A DNA stretch of 32,000 nucleotides from Hyperthermus butylicus DSM 5456 (GTDB lineage: Archaea; Thermoproteota; Thermoprotei_A; Sulfolobales; Pyrodictiaceae): contig NC_008818.1 in the NCBI RefSeq assembly GCF_000015145.1, positions 930,001 to 962,000 on the forward strand, written 5' to 3'. Position numbers and translations under genes: made by a program. The notes under the pieces were generated by a model. The model saw only the letters and a list, made by a program, of their open reading frames with translations. It was not told the origin of the DNA and did not search any database. Positions 1 to 8,900 of the stretch are shown here, in pieces; position 1 is the first letter of the stretch; the number at the start of each line of letters is the position of its first letter.

Positions 1-63
1 CACATGGGGCTAGGCTGGTCTATGTTAGGCTTCGAAAGCTGCCAAGACTATTGTCGAAGAATG

Positions 64-438
64 CTAATGGTTAGCGGGGCATGTTGATGCACTACCAAGT
101 TTTTCAACTCTCTTGCGTAGCTCTCGACATAGATTGCACATCTCGTTCGAAATTTCCCTATTGTCTATGTTGCCGCTAACTACACGCTCGGCAAGCTTAA
201 ATATATGTTGATACAGCTGCTCGTCATTCAATATAGTGTCTATGTAGTCGCTACCTCTCCTCCGTAACAAGTAGTTAGATATGGCAGCCGGTGTTAGTCG
301 GAGAAGCTTGGCAGCCTTGTATATTGATAGGCCATAGTCTCTCACGAGCACAATAGCTATTGAAGCCCTAATGGATGGAACATACTTCTTAACTGCTACT
401 TCGCACGGTGTTACGAGTAGTGTTTGCTCACCATTCAT
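64..438 (-). CDS. Small HTH-type DNA-binding protein (putative transcriptional regulator)
   Basis: 124-aa ORF with a helix-turn-helix-like segment SIYKAAKLLRLTPAAISNYL and a C-terminal Cys/His cluster (CNLC...CPANH). Divergent from the disulfide oxidoreductase gene. Confidence 0.65.
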   Translation of the reverse strand: MNGEQTLLVTPCEVAVKKYVPSIRASIAIVLVRDYGLSIYKAAKLLRLTPAAISNYLLRRRGSDYIDTILNDEQLYQHIFKLAERVVSGNIDNREISNEMCNLCRELRKRVEKLGSASTCPANH

Positions 439-548
439 AGCGGCTAGCCCATATTTTCAGCTGTTTAGATTCCGGGCTAATAATAGCTTTCCTTAGCTCA
501 TTGTAGTATCCGGATGGTGTATTATAAGAGGGAAAATATTCGAAGCAT

Positions 549-568
549 ACGAAACTTGTATGTTTCGT
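549..568. promoter_or_regulatory. Perfect 7-bp inverted repeat (ACGAAAC-N6-GTTTCGT) in the divergent control region; candidate operator
   Basis: Read directly: acgaaac ttgtat gtttcgt. It lies between AT-rich TATA-like stretches (ttataagag around 523-531, tgtttaaag around 596-604) in the 230-nt region separating the HTH gene and the oxidoreductase gene. Confidence 0.35.
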
Positions 569-667
569 TTCAGTGAAAAGAAATTAAGAGCATATTGTTT
601 AAAGTAGAGAGTATGGCTTCCGCGGGTGGGAAGTAAAAGGTGGGTAGCAGTGTTCGACCCTGTAAAA

Positions 668-1375
668 ATGGAGATAGACAAGGAGACTAGGGATGCGATT
701 AAGGAAGCTTTTGAGGATCTCGTGAAGCCGGTTGAAATAAACGTCTTCATAGGTCCTAATTGCAGGTATTGTGACGAGACAGTAAAGATAGCTAAGGTTC
801 TCGAAGAGGAGGCACCGGTAAAGAATGGCAAAAAACTAGTAACCATGAAGATATACGAGAAAGATAAACATGTCGATGTATTTAAGAAACATGGTGTGGA
901 AAGAATACCAAGCTTAACCCTTGTCGAGGGAAGGATAAAGTATACCGGTACGCCTAGCGGTGAGGAGCTAAGAGGGCTCGTTGAGACAATAATAAGAATC
1001 TCTCAAGAGGATAGTGGTCTCGACGAGACAACAGTTGAGAAAATAAAGTTGATAGAAAAACCGGTTCACGTGGAAATCATTGTTACCCCGCAGTGCCCGT
1101 ACTGCCCCTATGCGGCACTACTATCAAACATGTTCGCCTATGAAGCGTGGAGAAACGGTAAGACCGACTTCGTATCGGAGATTGTTGAAGCCTATGAGAA
1201 TCCCGACATAGCTGACAAGTATGGTGTAACATCAGTACCAGCAATAGCTATCAACGGTGTGCTAGCATTCGTCGGCGTGCCTTACGAGGAAGACTTCATA
1301 GAGAGAATCATCGATGTAGTTGAGCGTAGGAGGACCATAAAGACAGAGTTCCTTGAAGGAGCAACCGGCATCTAG
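668..1375 (+). CDS. Protein disulfide oxidoreductase (glutaredoxin-like, two thioredoxin folds)
   Basis: Two CxxC active sites (CRYC and CPYC), one in each half. Overall layout matches the Pyrococcus PDO family. The ATG at 668 (MEIDKETRDAIKE...) fits the family N-terminus better than the GTG at 626 used by the ORF track. Confidence 0.9.
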   Translation: MEIDKETRDAIKEAFEDLVKPVEINVFIGPNCRYCDETVKIAKVLEEEAPVKNGKKLVTMKIYEKDKHVDVFKKHGVERIPSLTLVEGRIKYTGTPSGEELRGLVETIIRISQEDSGLDETTVEKIKLIEKPVHVEIIVTPQCPYCPYAALLSNMFAYEAWRNGKTDFVSEIVEAYENPDIADKYGVTSVPAIAINGVLAFVGVPYEEDFIERIIDVVERRRTIKTEFLEGATGI

Positions 1376-1417
1376 ACAAAGATTCCCGGTAGGTCGATAG
1401 ACTCGTCTGCCTATCTG

Positions 1418-1454
1418 GCTTTTTATAAAATAACTCCTATAGCCAGGCTATAGG
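1418..1454. terminator. Bidirectional terminator-like element between convergent transcription units: T-tracts plus a 9-bp palindrome
   Basis: The plus strand has GGCTTTTTATAAAATAA just after the oxidoreductase gene. The minus strand reads TTATTTTATAAAAAG. The palindrome cctatagcc-a-ggctatagg spans 1436-1454 and abuts the 3' end of the C/D sRNA. Confidence 0.4.
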
Positions 1455-1518
1455 GGCTCAGCCAAATGCCTTCTCATCACGGTTCCCGATTCAGCGACGG
1501 GAGTACTCGTCACAGCCC
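1453..1518 (-). ncRNA. C/D box sRNA (2'-O-methylation guide)
   Basis: The minus strand reads GGGCU-GUGACGA(C)-12 nt-CUGA(D')-AUCGGGAACC-GUGAUGA(C')-12 nt-CUGA(D)-GCCCC. Both guide spacers are 12 nt and there is a GGGC/GCCC terminal stem. It lies 51 nt downstream of the gatE stop on the same strand. Confidence 0.7.
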
Positions 1519-1569
1519 ATTCAGAAGAGGAAAGGGGAGGAAGCCTCCCTAATCCATATAGTGGCGGTA

Positions 1570-3528
1570 CTAGTTACCACCCAGCAGCTCTTCGATTTTG
1601 CGCTTAGCTATACTTGCTACCAGCTTACCGTCGACCTTGCCTCTTAGCTTTGGCATTACACGGCCCATAACCTTGTTTAGTGCCGCCAGCCCTCTCGCCC
1701 TAATCTCGGCTTCGAGCTGCTTTACAGCCTCCTCGACAAGTTTCTCGACCTTCTCCACAGGTACCGTCTCTATGCCCAGCTCGCGTACAGCCTCTTCGAC
1801 GCTCCTTGATGGATTCTCTGCCAGGTACTTTATGAGGTCTGGCACAGCATCCTTGGAGACTTTGCCCTCTGCTATAGCCCTCACGATCTCTTCTATATGG
1901 GTGTCTGAAAGGTTGCTAACGGGTACTCCTTCCCTTGCAAGGCTTCTCAGTATGTTTGTGAATAATGATGCTATGTAGGATGGTGCTACGCGGCTCCCAT
2001 ACTTCTCGGCGAGTTTTTCAAAGAGGTCTAGGTGTATGTCCCTTATGATCTGTCTTGCTAGCTGTTCGCTGAGGCCATACTTCCTAACCAGCTTTTCTAG
2101 TTTCTCGTGGGGCTTTTCCGGCACTATTTTGCGTGCTTTGTTGAGCAGCTCCTTGGTAACTTCTAGTGGTGGTATATCAGTCTCTGGATACATTCTAGCC
2201 GAGCCAGGCTGTGGTCTCATAAACTTGGTTGTGCCATCTTCCTGGGCAGCTCTAGTTTCCTTAGGTATGCCTTCGAGCGCCATTTTTGCCCTCTCCTTTA
2301 CAGCTTCCAGTGCCTTCCTGGCTTTGGGCTCTTCATCCGCTACTATGACTATTGCATCCCAGCCCTTCTTGGCATTAAGAAGTTTATATAGCTCCTCGAC
2401 TTCTTCAGCTGATATACCGTAGCCTGGTAGTTCATCGGTGTGGAAGAGGCCTCCTACACCACCCCAGAAGCGTGCATAGTCTGCTAGCTCTGTTCCAAAC
2501 CTTCTGCCTGGTTGCACCTCAACACCGAGTAGGCCGTGGAAACCTGGCAGCTTGAGAGCTAGAACCCTGCCTCCACGCTTGACTGCTCTAGCTATGATCT
2601 TTGACTTGGTCTTCTTAAACACATCTGTCACGTCGGCTATCTCCTGGGCATCGATATCTTCCTGCCTTACACCCCTCCTCTTTAGCTCGTCGCGTATCTC
2701 CAGGAGCCTCTTCTGTCTAATAGCTTCGTAGAGGACTATCTTCGGTATGAGTTCTAGCCTCTGTACACCCTTAATCTCGGTCTTTACTCCGCCCCTTATT
2801 GAGACGTTAAGGTCCTGGCGTATAGTACCTATACCCCTCTTTACCCTGCCGGTCAGCCTCAGCAGCTGGCCTATGGCTAGGGCAGCCTCATAGGCCTCCT
2901 CGGGAGTCTCAATGTCAGGCTCAGTCGATATCTCTATGAGTGGAATGCCTAGCCGGTCAAGCATGTAGTGTACGTAGCGGCCCTCCTCCCGTAGCTTACG
3001 GGAGGCATCCTCCTCTACAGCTATAGTTGCTATGCCTATCTTCTTGCCCGACTCGAGTTCTATCGAGCCTCCCAGGGCTATTATTGCGGTGCGCTGGAAC
3101 CCTGTAGTATTTGAGCCATCGATGACAATCTTCCTCATGACATGTATCTCGTCTACGGGTGTAGCGCCAAGAGCCAGGGCTACAGCGAGCCCTATAACCA
3201 CTGCCTCCTGGTTAATCTCATGTGGAGGTTCCTCGTCAGCCTCTACTAGGCAGCTAGTAGCCCTTGGCGCATGGTAGTGGTACATTCTACCCTTACGCCA
3301 TTCGAACAGTGCAGCAATGTCTACCTCGCCTAGCTCGCTACGGGTAGGCCTTAGTTGCCGAACAAACTCGTCTCCTGGCTCGTCCTCGCTGGAGAGCCTT
3401 GTGGGGCAATTGCAGAACAGCTTGGCTCTAGTATTTAGCTGTTGGTGTATCTCAAGGCCAGCCTTTAGCCCCAGCTCCCGAGGGTCATACTTTGAAGGGT
3501 CTACCTTGGGCTCGATCAATGCGGCCAC
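1570..3528 (-). CDS. gatE: Glutamyl-tRNA(Gln) amidotransferase subunit E
   Basis: 652 aa with a GatB/E-type N-terminus (GLEIHQQL) and archaeal GatE length. The start overlaps the end of gatD by 13 nt. Confidence 0.95.
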   Translation of the reverse strand: MAALIEPKVDPSKYDPRELGLKAGLEIHQQLNTRAKLFCNCPTRLSSEDEPGDEFVRQLRPTRSELGEVDIAALFEWRKGRMYHYHAPRATSCLVEADEEPPHEINQEAVVIGLAVALALGATPVDEIHVMRKIVIDGSNTTGFQRTAIIALGGSIELESGKKIGIATIAVEEDASRKLREEGRYVHYMLDRLGIPLIEISTEPDIETPEEAYEAALAIGQLLRLTGRVKRGIGTIRQDLNVSIRGGVKTEIKGVQRLELIPKIVLYEAIRQKRLLEIRDELKRRGVRQEDIDAQEIADVTDVFKKTKSKIIARAVKRGGRVLALKLPGFHGLLGVEVQPGRRFGTELADYARFWGGVGGLFHTDELPGYGISAEEVEELYKLLNAKKGWDAIVIVADEEPKARKALEAVKERAKMALEGIPKETRAAQEDGTTKFMRPQPGSARMYPETDIPPLEVTKELLNKARKIVPEKPHEKLEKLVRKYGLSEQLARQIIRDIHLDLFEKLAEKYGSRVAPSYIASLFTNILRSLAREGVPVSNLSDTHIEEIVRAIAEGKVSKDAVPDLIKYLAENPSRSVEEAVRELGIETVPVEKVEKLVEEAVKQLEAEIRARGLAALNKVMGRVMPKLRGKVDGKLVASIAKRKIEELLGGN

Positions 3529-4889
3529 CTCGGGTATAGGTCTACGGTGTGTCTCGGATTGATCTCTCCAGCTAGGTTCTCGCGCATGAGTCTCTTTGCC
3601 TCCTCAAAACTCGAGGAGTGCGCTAGAACCCATGAAAGCTTGACGAAGGCTGTCTCGGGGAGCATATCGTCACCTGGCACGACACCTGCAGCTAGTAACT
3701 TGCGGCCGGTAGCGTAGACGTTCATGTTAACCCTGCCGAAGAGAGTTTGTGAAGTCATGACGACTACAATTTCGTTCTCCACAGCCCTCCTAATACTGTC
3801 CACGAGCCATTCGCCCACGTGGCCAAGCCCAGTACCTTCGAGGACTATGCCTCGGTAGCCGCGATCCACGAGAAAGTCTATGATCTCCGAATCCATTCCG
3901 GGATAATACTTTACCAGTGCAACCTTGCGCTCAAACCCATTCATAACTCTTAGCTCTTGTTCGCCTCTGCGTTGCAGGGGCTCTGAGACGAGTTCTATCC
4001 TCCTCTCAAACGGGTAAACCCTTGCTAGTGGCCTAGCATTAATACTCTGGAAGGCGTCACGCCGGCTTGTATGCATCTTTCTAACCTTCGTGGCTCTATG
4101 GGCTAAGGCGTAGGTGTCGCCGGTCTCTCCGTGCATAACCACGGTAACCTCGGCAAAGGGGGCCCTGGCTGCTACGAGCACAGCCGATATGAGGTTGAAG
4201 GAGGCATCGCTGCTGGGCCTATCACTACTCCTCTGGGCACCCACGAAGGCAATAGGCACTGGAAGCCCTCTAAACGCAAATGCTAGAGCAGAAGCTGTAT
4301 AAGCCATTGTATCGGTTCCGTGTGCTACTACGATGCCCTCAAAACCCTCAGCAATACTCTTGGCAACGGCATCCACTATACGTTCCCAGTACTCTGGTCT
4401 CATGTTCTCGCTTAGAATATTCATCAGAACCTCGGCTGAAACTTCGGCTATAAACCCGATCTCGGGAACAGCCTCTACAAGATCACGTGCAGACATTGCA
4501 GGCTTAACAGCGCCGGTCTCGTACTCAATCTTACTAGCAATAGTGCCCCCAGTACCGATGATCATAACTCGTGGCCTCTTCTCTAGCGGTGGTTGCTCCT
4601 CCAGGAGAGGAACCACGGCTGGAGCGCCGGCAGCGGCCTCCCTCAATATGGCCTCGCGTGTCTTCACAACAGTTATCTCGGTGTGCTCGTCGACCCTAAC
4701 ACCGATATTATAGCCGTTATCCAGCTTAATGACTATAATTGGCTTGGCACTAAGCGCGTAGCGTGGCATCAGTATGCCCTCGAAAACCCTGCCATCACGT
4801 TGCACAATCCTTATCCTATCACCAACCCTTGCACCAGCTCTTTCAAGCAAAGCCCTGGCAATACCAGTGTAGCCTGGAACAGTCTCCAA
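3516..4889 (-). CDS. gatD: Glutamyl-tRNA(Gln) amidotransferase subunit D
   Basis: Asparaginase-type motifs GTGGTIAS and HGTDTM. GatD N-terminal pattern PGY...GD...G.LMPR. The ORF is open to 4943, but the TTG at 4889 (M-ETVPGYTG) fits the family N-terminus and lies downstream of the TATA at 4926-4936. The start is uncertain (4889, 4916 or 4943). Confidence 0.9.
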   Translation of the reverse strand: METVPGYTGIARALLERAGARVGDRIRIVQRDGRVFEGILMPRYALSAKPIIVIKLDNGYNIGVRVDEHTEITVVKTREAILREAAAGAPAVVPLLEEQPPLEKRPRVMIIGTGGTIASKIEYETGAVKPAMSARDLVEAVPEIGFIAEVSAEVLMNILSENMRPEYWERIVDAVAKSIAEGFEGIVVAHGTDTMAYTASALAFAFRGLPVPIAFVGAQRSSDRPSSDASFNLISAVLVAARAPFAEVTVVMHGETGDTYALAHRATKVRKMHTSRRDAFQSINARPLARVYPFERRIELVSEPLQRRGEQELRVMNGFERKVALVKYYPGMDSEIIDFLVDRGYRGIVLEGTGLGHVGEWLVDSIRRAVENEIVVVMTSQTLFGRVNMNVYATGRKLLAAGVVPGDDMLPETAFVKLSWVLAHSSSFEEAKRLMRENLAGEINPRHTVDLYPRWPH

Positions 4890-4925
4890 GGCAGACCTAG
4901 CCCCAGCAAAAGCCAAGAATAAAAG

Positions 4926-4936
4926 CCTATATAAGG
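4926..4936. promoter_or_regulatory. Near-palindromic TATA box (CCTATATAAGG), possibly serving both divergent genes gatD and rps30e
   Basis: Its end is about 37 nt upstream of the rps30e ATG (4974) and its start is about 36 nt upstream of the gatD TTG (4889) on the other strand. Confidence 0.45.
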
Positions 4937-4973
4937 ACTCCACGCCACTCTAGCAACGTTCTGGGGGAACACT

Positions 4974-5132
4974 ATGCCAAGCCACGGTTCACTAACAAAG
5001 GCGGGCAAGGTTAGGAAGCAGACACCAAAGATCCCTGCAAAGCCCAGGAAGAACCCAGCGCCAAGGATGCGCAACAGGAGGGAGTACAAGAGACTGCTAG
5101 TGAAGATGCAGCAGGGCCAGCTAACGCGCTAA
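4974..5132 (+). CDS. rps30e: 30S ribosomal protein eS30 (S30e)
   Basis: Hand translation gives [52 protein letters not shown]. The [14 protein letters not shown] signature is characteristic of eS30. At 52 aa it falls below the ORF-track length cutoff. Confidence 0.88.
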   Translation: MPSHGSLTKAGKVRKQTPKIPAKPRKNPAPRMRNRREYKRLLVKMQQGQLTR

Positions 5133-5179
5133 AGAGGGCTACATCAAAGTCCCATCCCGATAATCCTTCTTTTATCCTT

Positions 5180-5416
5180 CTAGATATTTTGGTAACCAGC
5201 TTGGTTTCCAGGTTCAATGCTTCTCTCTTCCTTCGGCCTAGCGGCTGTCAATAGCTTCTGATATGAGGAGATGGCACTAACCAACTCCATGTAGTGATTG
5301 GGTAACCCGTCATGGAGATAAACGCGGATAACATATGGTGGTGCGTCAAGATAAGAGAACAATGTTATAAGCAGTTTTTCGGCCTTTGGGCGGTGGTTAA
5401 CCCAGTTAAAAACCAT
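5180..5416 (-). CDS. Hypothetical small protein (78 aa) downstream of albA
   Basis: ATG-initiated ORF 32 nt after the albA stop on the same strand. No recognisable motif, and no competing ORF on the plus strand. Confidence 0.35.
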   Translation of the reverse strand: MVFNWVNHRPKAEKLLITLFSYLDAPPYVIRVYLHDGLPNHYMELVSAISSYQKLLTAARPKEERSIEPGNQAGYQNI

Positions 5417-5448
5417 CTCTATCGCGCCAATAGACTCCTAGTGTGGGG

Positions 5449-5745
5449 TTAGTCTTTGCGTACTAGGACGATCTCGATGGTGCTAACCCTGCTCTGGCGG
5501 CCGTCGGGATTCTGTATTACCTGGCTGTCAATCTTGATCTCCTTGACGTCAACCTTGTCTGGTAGGAACCTCTTCCTGACGATCTCCACAGTGTCAACAG
5601 CCTTGCTTATGGCGCGGCCCCTAGCCTTGATGACTACCTCCTTGACGCCCTGGTTTAGCAGGGTTAGGGTTGCTAGTACGTAGTTCATTACAGGCTTCTT
5701 ACCTACTAGAACTACATTGCTTGGAGCTGCGGTTGCCTGCGCCAT
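5449..5745 (-). CDS. albA: Chromatin protein Alba
   Basis: [16 protein letters not shown]...[21 protein letters not shown] matches the Alba/Sac10b family. The internal ATG at 5745 gives the usual length of about 98 aa. An ATAAATA TATA-like element lies about 55 nt upstream. Confidence 0.93.
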   Translation of the reverse strand: MAQATAAPSNVVLVGKKPVMNYVLATLTLLNQGVKEVVIKARGRAISKAVDTVEIVRKRFLPDKVDVKEIKIDSQVIQNPDGRQSRVSTIEIVLVRKD

Positions 5746-5917
5746 TTCGCATCCCCTCAAGCCTTGGTGTCGTGTACCCACCCGTGGGGACGGCAGTATT
5801 TATGCTTTTCCATTTTTCTGTAAGGCGTTTTCTGGCTTGGTGTTACCAGCTCTCCAGTTCTATACCCTGCGATGCTTGAAGCGAACACTACACGTCTGGG
5901 ATGGAGGTAAGCTAGCA

Positions 5918-8900
5918 TTGACGCTGACGCTGCGACCAGTCTATCACGCAGCATGCCCTAACTGCGGGGGACCGATATCAGCTGTACGCCTCGTAGAAGG
6001 TCTGCCTTGCGTTCAGTGTCTTCCTACCGTGGGGGAACTATCGACGGACTATTACGAGCGCATAGAGACTATTGGTAGGCTGCTTGCCGAGAACGGTAGA
6101 TTGAGGGGGTATTGGTACCTATACAGTTCCACGAGCCAACTCCGCGAGTTTGAGGAGTTCTTCGAGAAGCTGACAGGTCACAAGCTGTGGAGTGCGCAGA
6201 GGACCTGGGCTAAGCGTATGCTGCAAGGCGAGAGCATAGCTATTGTAGCCCCTACAGGTGTTGGTAAGACCACACTACTCAGCGTATATGCAGTCTATCG
6301 GGCCTCGCAAGGCTTGAAGGTCTACTATCTCCTACCCACAGAAAATCTTGCTAGGCAGGTTACAAGGAAGCTTGAAACACTCTCTAGCCGCTTGGGCGGG
6401 GGCATACGTGTAGTCTCATACTACTCCAGCCTTCCGAAGAGGGCTAAGGAGGAGAGCCTCAGAACAATAGAGGAGAGGAGCTACGATATACTGGTTACTA
6501 CGACGGCATTCCTCTCCAGGAGATGGAGCCTCATAGAGGGTATACGCTTTGACTCAATACTCGTGGATGACGTGGATGCTGTTTTGAGGAACTCAAAGAA
6601 CATTGACAAGCTGCTCCAAGCCCTTGGCTTTAGCGTAGAAGCTATAGAAGCTGCCTACAACCTGGTAAAGAAGAAGATAATGGCCACTATAGCTAAGACT
6701 TCCGGTAACATTAAGAGATATGAAAAACTCCTACAAGATATTGAACAGCTCGAGGCGATACTCTCCCAAGAACTTGTTAAGACTACTCCAGGTCAACTTG
6801 TGATAGCATCGGCTACCGGTCGCGCTTACGGGCTAAAGCCCAAGTTGTTCCGTGAGCTGCTAGGCTTCGATATAGGTAGAGTCTATGACTACACTAGGAG
6901 CATAGCAAACCTCTATAAAATAGTCAACGATCCCGTGGCAGAGGCTGTTTCACTCGTAACCAGGATGGGTGGTGGTGGCCTCGTATTCGTGGCGAAGAGG
7001 TTTGGCAAGAATGTCGCGAGAAGGATAGCAGAGATGTTAAACGAACGTGGCATAAGGGCTGCAGTAGCCCTCGCTGGCAGAAGAGTCCTAGACCGCTTCG
7101 CATCCGGAGAGTACGACGTGCTTGTCGGTGTAGCCTCCTACTATGGCGTCATAGTACGTGGTATCGATATGCCAGAGCGTATACACTACACAGTATTCGT
7201 TGGTGTACCAAGTCAAGCTATAGAGGCTGGGAAGGCGCTATTATCACCGCATCGTATTGCCCGAAGCGCTGTGGAGCTGTCCCTTGAGGGTGCTGAGGAG
7301 CTTGCTCGGAGGCTCTCGAAGCTAGCACCCAACGAGGTAACAGTTCTACGTATAGCGCTTGAGAGGGGAGAAAGGCTTGAGGGTCGTCTAGGCGAGATCC
7401 TCGAAATGCTTCTAGAGACTAGGAGGAAGCTTCTACACGCTATAGAGGAGCTGGTATCTATTGAGGGTTCGGTGGCGGTTGGTGGTGCCCTGTACAGGTT
7501 TGAGGATGGAAAGCTTGTAGCAATACTGCCTGACGCGCCAACATACGTGCAGGCTAGTGGAAGGGCAAGCCGCATGTATGGCTCCGCGATGACCCATGGG
7601 ATAAGCATAGTGCTTGACGTCGATGAGATTCTGGTGAGGCTCCTTGCCGAGAAACTGAAGAGATTCCTTGAGGATGTAAGGTTTGAAGAGCTTAGCAGCG
7701 AGAAGCTCGCGAAAGAGCTTGAGAAGGCGCGTGCTAGCAGGCGTGGTGGTGTCGGAAAGAAGGTTGATATTGAGACGTGTCTAATAGTCGTAGAGTCGCC
7801 TACCAAGGCTAAAACAATAGCAGGCTTCTTTGGGAGGCCGGTGCGTAGGCGCATAGGCTCAGTGGTGGTCTACGAGACGACATTTTACAACCCAGTCTCT
7901 GGCAAGATACACGTAGCAGCTATAGCGGCAACAGCAGGCCATGTATACGACCTAACCATAGACGACGAGGGAATTTATGGTGTCGAGCTTGGCAAGAATG
8001 GAGTGTCGCCGATATACAAGCCTATAAAGAGGTGTTTAAGCTGTGGCCACCAGTTCTCATCTTCAAGCCAGGTATGCCCACGGTGCGGCTCATCAAATAT
8101 TGTGAGTAAGGAGGATGTAATTGGGGCACTGAGGCAGCTAGCAATAGAGAATGAGGTTGTCTACATAGCCACAGACCCGGATGTCGAGGGCGAAAAGATA
8201 GCCTACGACATCTACCTCCTACTCCGACCCTATGCTAGGAAGATAATGAGGATAGAACTTCACGAGATAACTAGGAGCGAGCTAAACCGCGCCCTTGCCA
8301 ACCCCAGAGAGGTGGATGTAAGGCTTGCGGAAGCCCAGATGGTCCGGCGTATTGAGGACCGCTGGATAGGATTTGGGCTAAGCCAGCACCTATGGCAGGT
8401 ATTTGGCAAAAACTGGCTTGGTGCTGGCCGCGTCCAGACACCGGTTCTGGGCTGGATAATAGAGAGGTATAGTGAGTGGCGTAGTAACCTGGGCTACAAC
8501 CTCTACATAAGGCTGCCCGGCGGGCCGCTCGTGAAAATACATTATGATAGTGCTAGCGGGGCTCGCGAAGCGGCAGCAGCAGCAGAGAATGGTGTGAGAG
8601 TAGTCAGCGTCGAGGAGGAGGTTGTGGAGATTAACCCACCGCCACCATATACGACGGAGTCGTTAATTTACGATGCCTCAAGGCTCTATGGCTACCCTGC
8701 ACAGAAGACTATGAGGGTGGCGCAGGAACTCTTCGAAGCCGGCCTAATAACCTACCACCGTACAGACTCAACGCATGTATCTGGGCTTGGCCAGCACATA
8801 GCAAGGCTATACCTTGAATCAAGGGAGGATGCCGAGCTACTCCAGCCCCGGAGCTGGGGCCCCCAGGGACATCATGAAGCGATTAGGCCCACGAGGCCCA

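Noticed and set aside
1598-2422. Antisense and shadow ORFs inside long genes, for example 1598..1978, 2036..2422, 3032..3277, 4333..4713, 7213..7854, 11403..12056, 17327..17668, 20360..20851, 23224..23628, 26494..27051 and 31363..31857.
   Set aside because: All lie fully within strongly supported genes on the opposite strand. They give Ser/Leu/Ala/Thr/Pro-rich low-complexity products typical of antisense frames in moderately GC-rich coding DNA.
4811-5217. Minus-strand ORFs 4811..5089 and 5011..5217.
   Set aside because: They are antisense to the clearly recognisable eS30 gene and to the gatD/rps30e promoter region. Their products are hydrophobic or low-complexity with no motifs.
5717-5917. 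N-terminal extensions in the ORF track: rgy from 5717, albA to 5781, tbp from 12324, tpiA to 23924, the RHH gene from 21094, gatD to 4943 and mptE from 28122.
   Set aside because: The extensions overlap divergent genes or contain the likely TATA boxes. They precede the conserved family N-termini and have atypical composition. Internal ATG, GTG or TTG starts fit better. Exact starts remain unverified.
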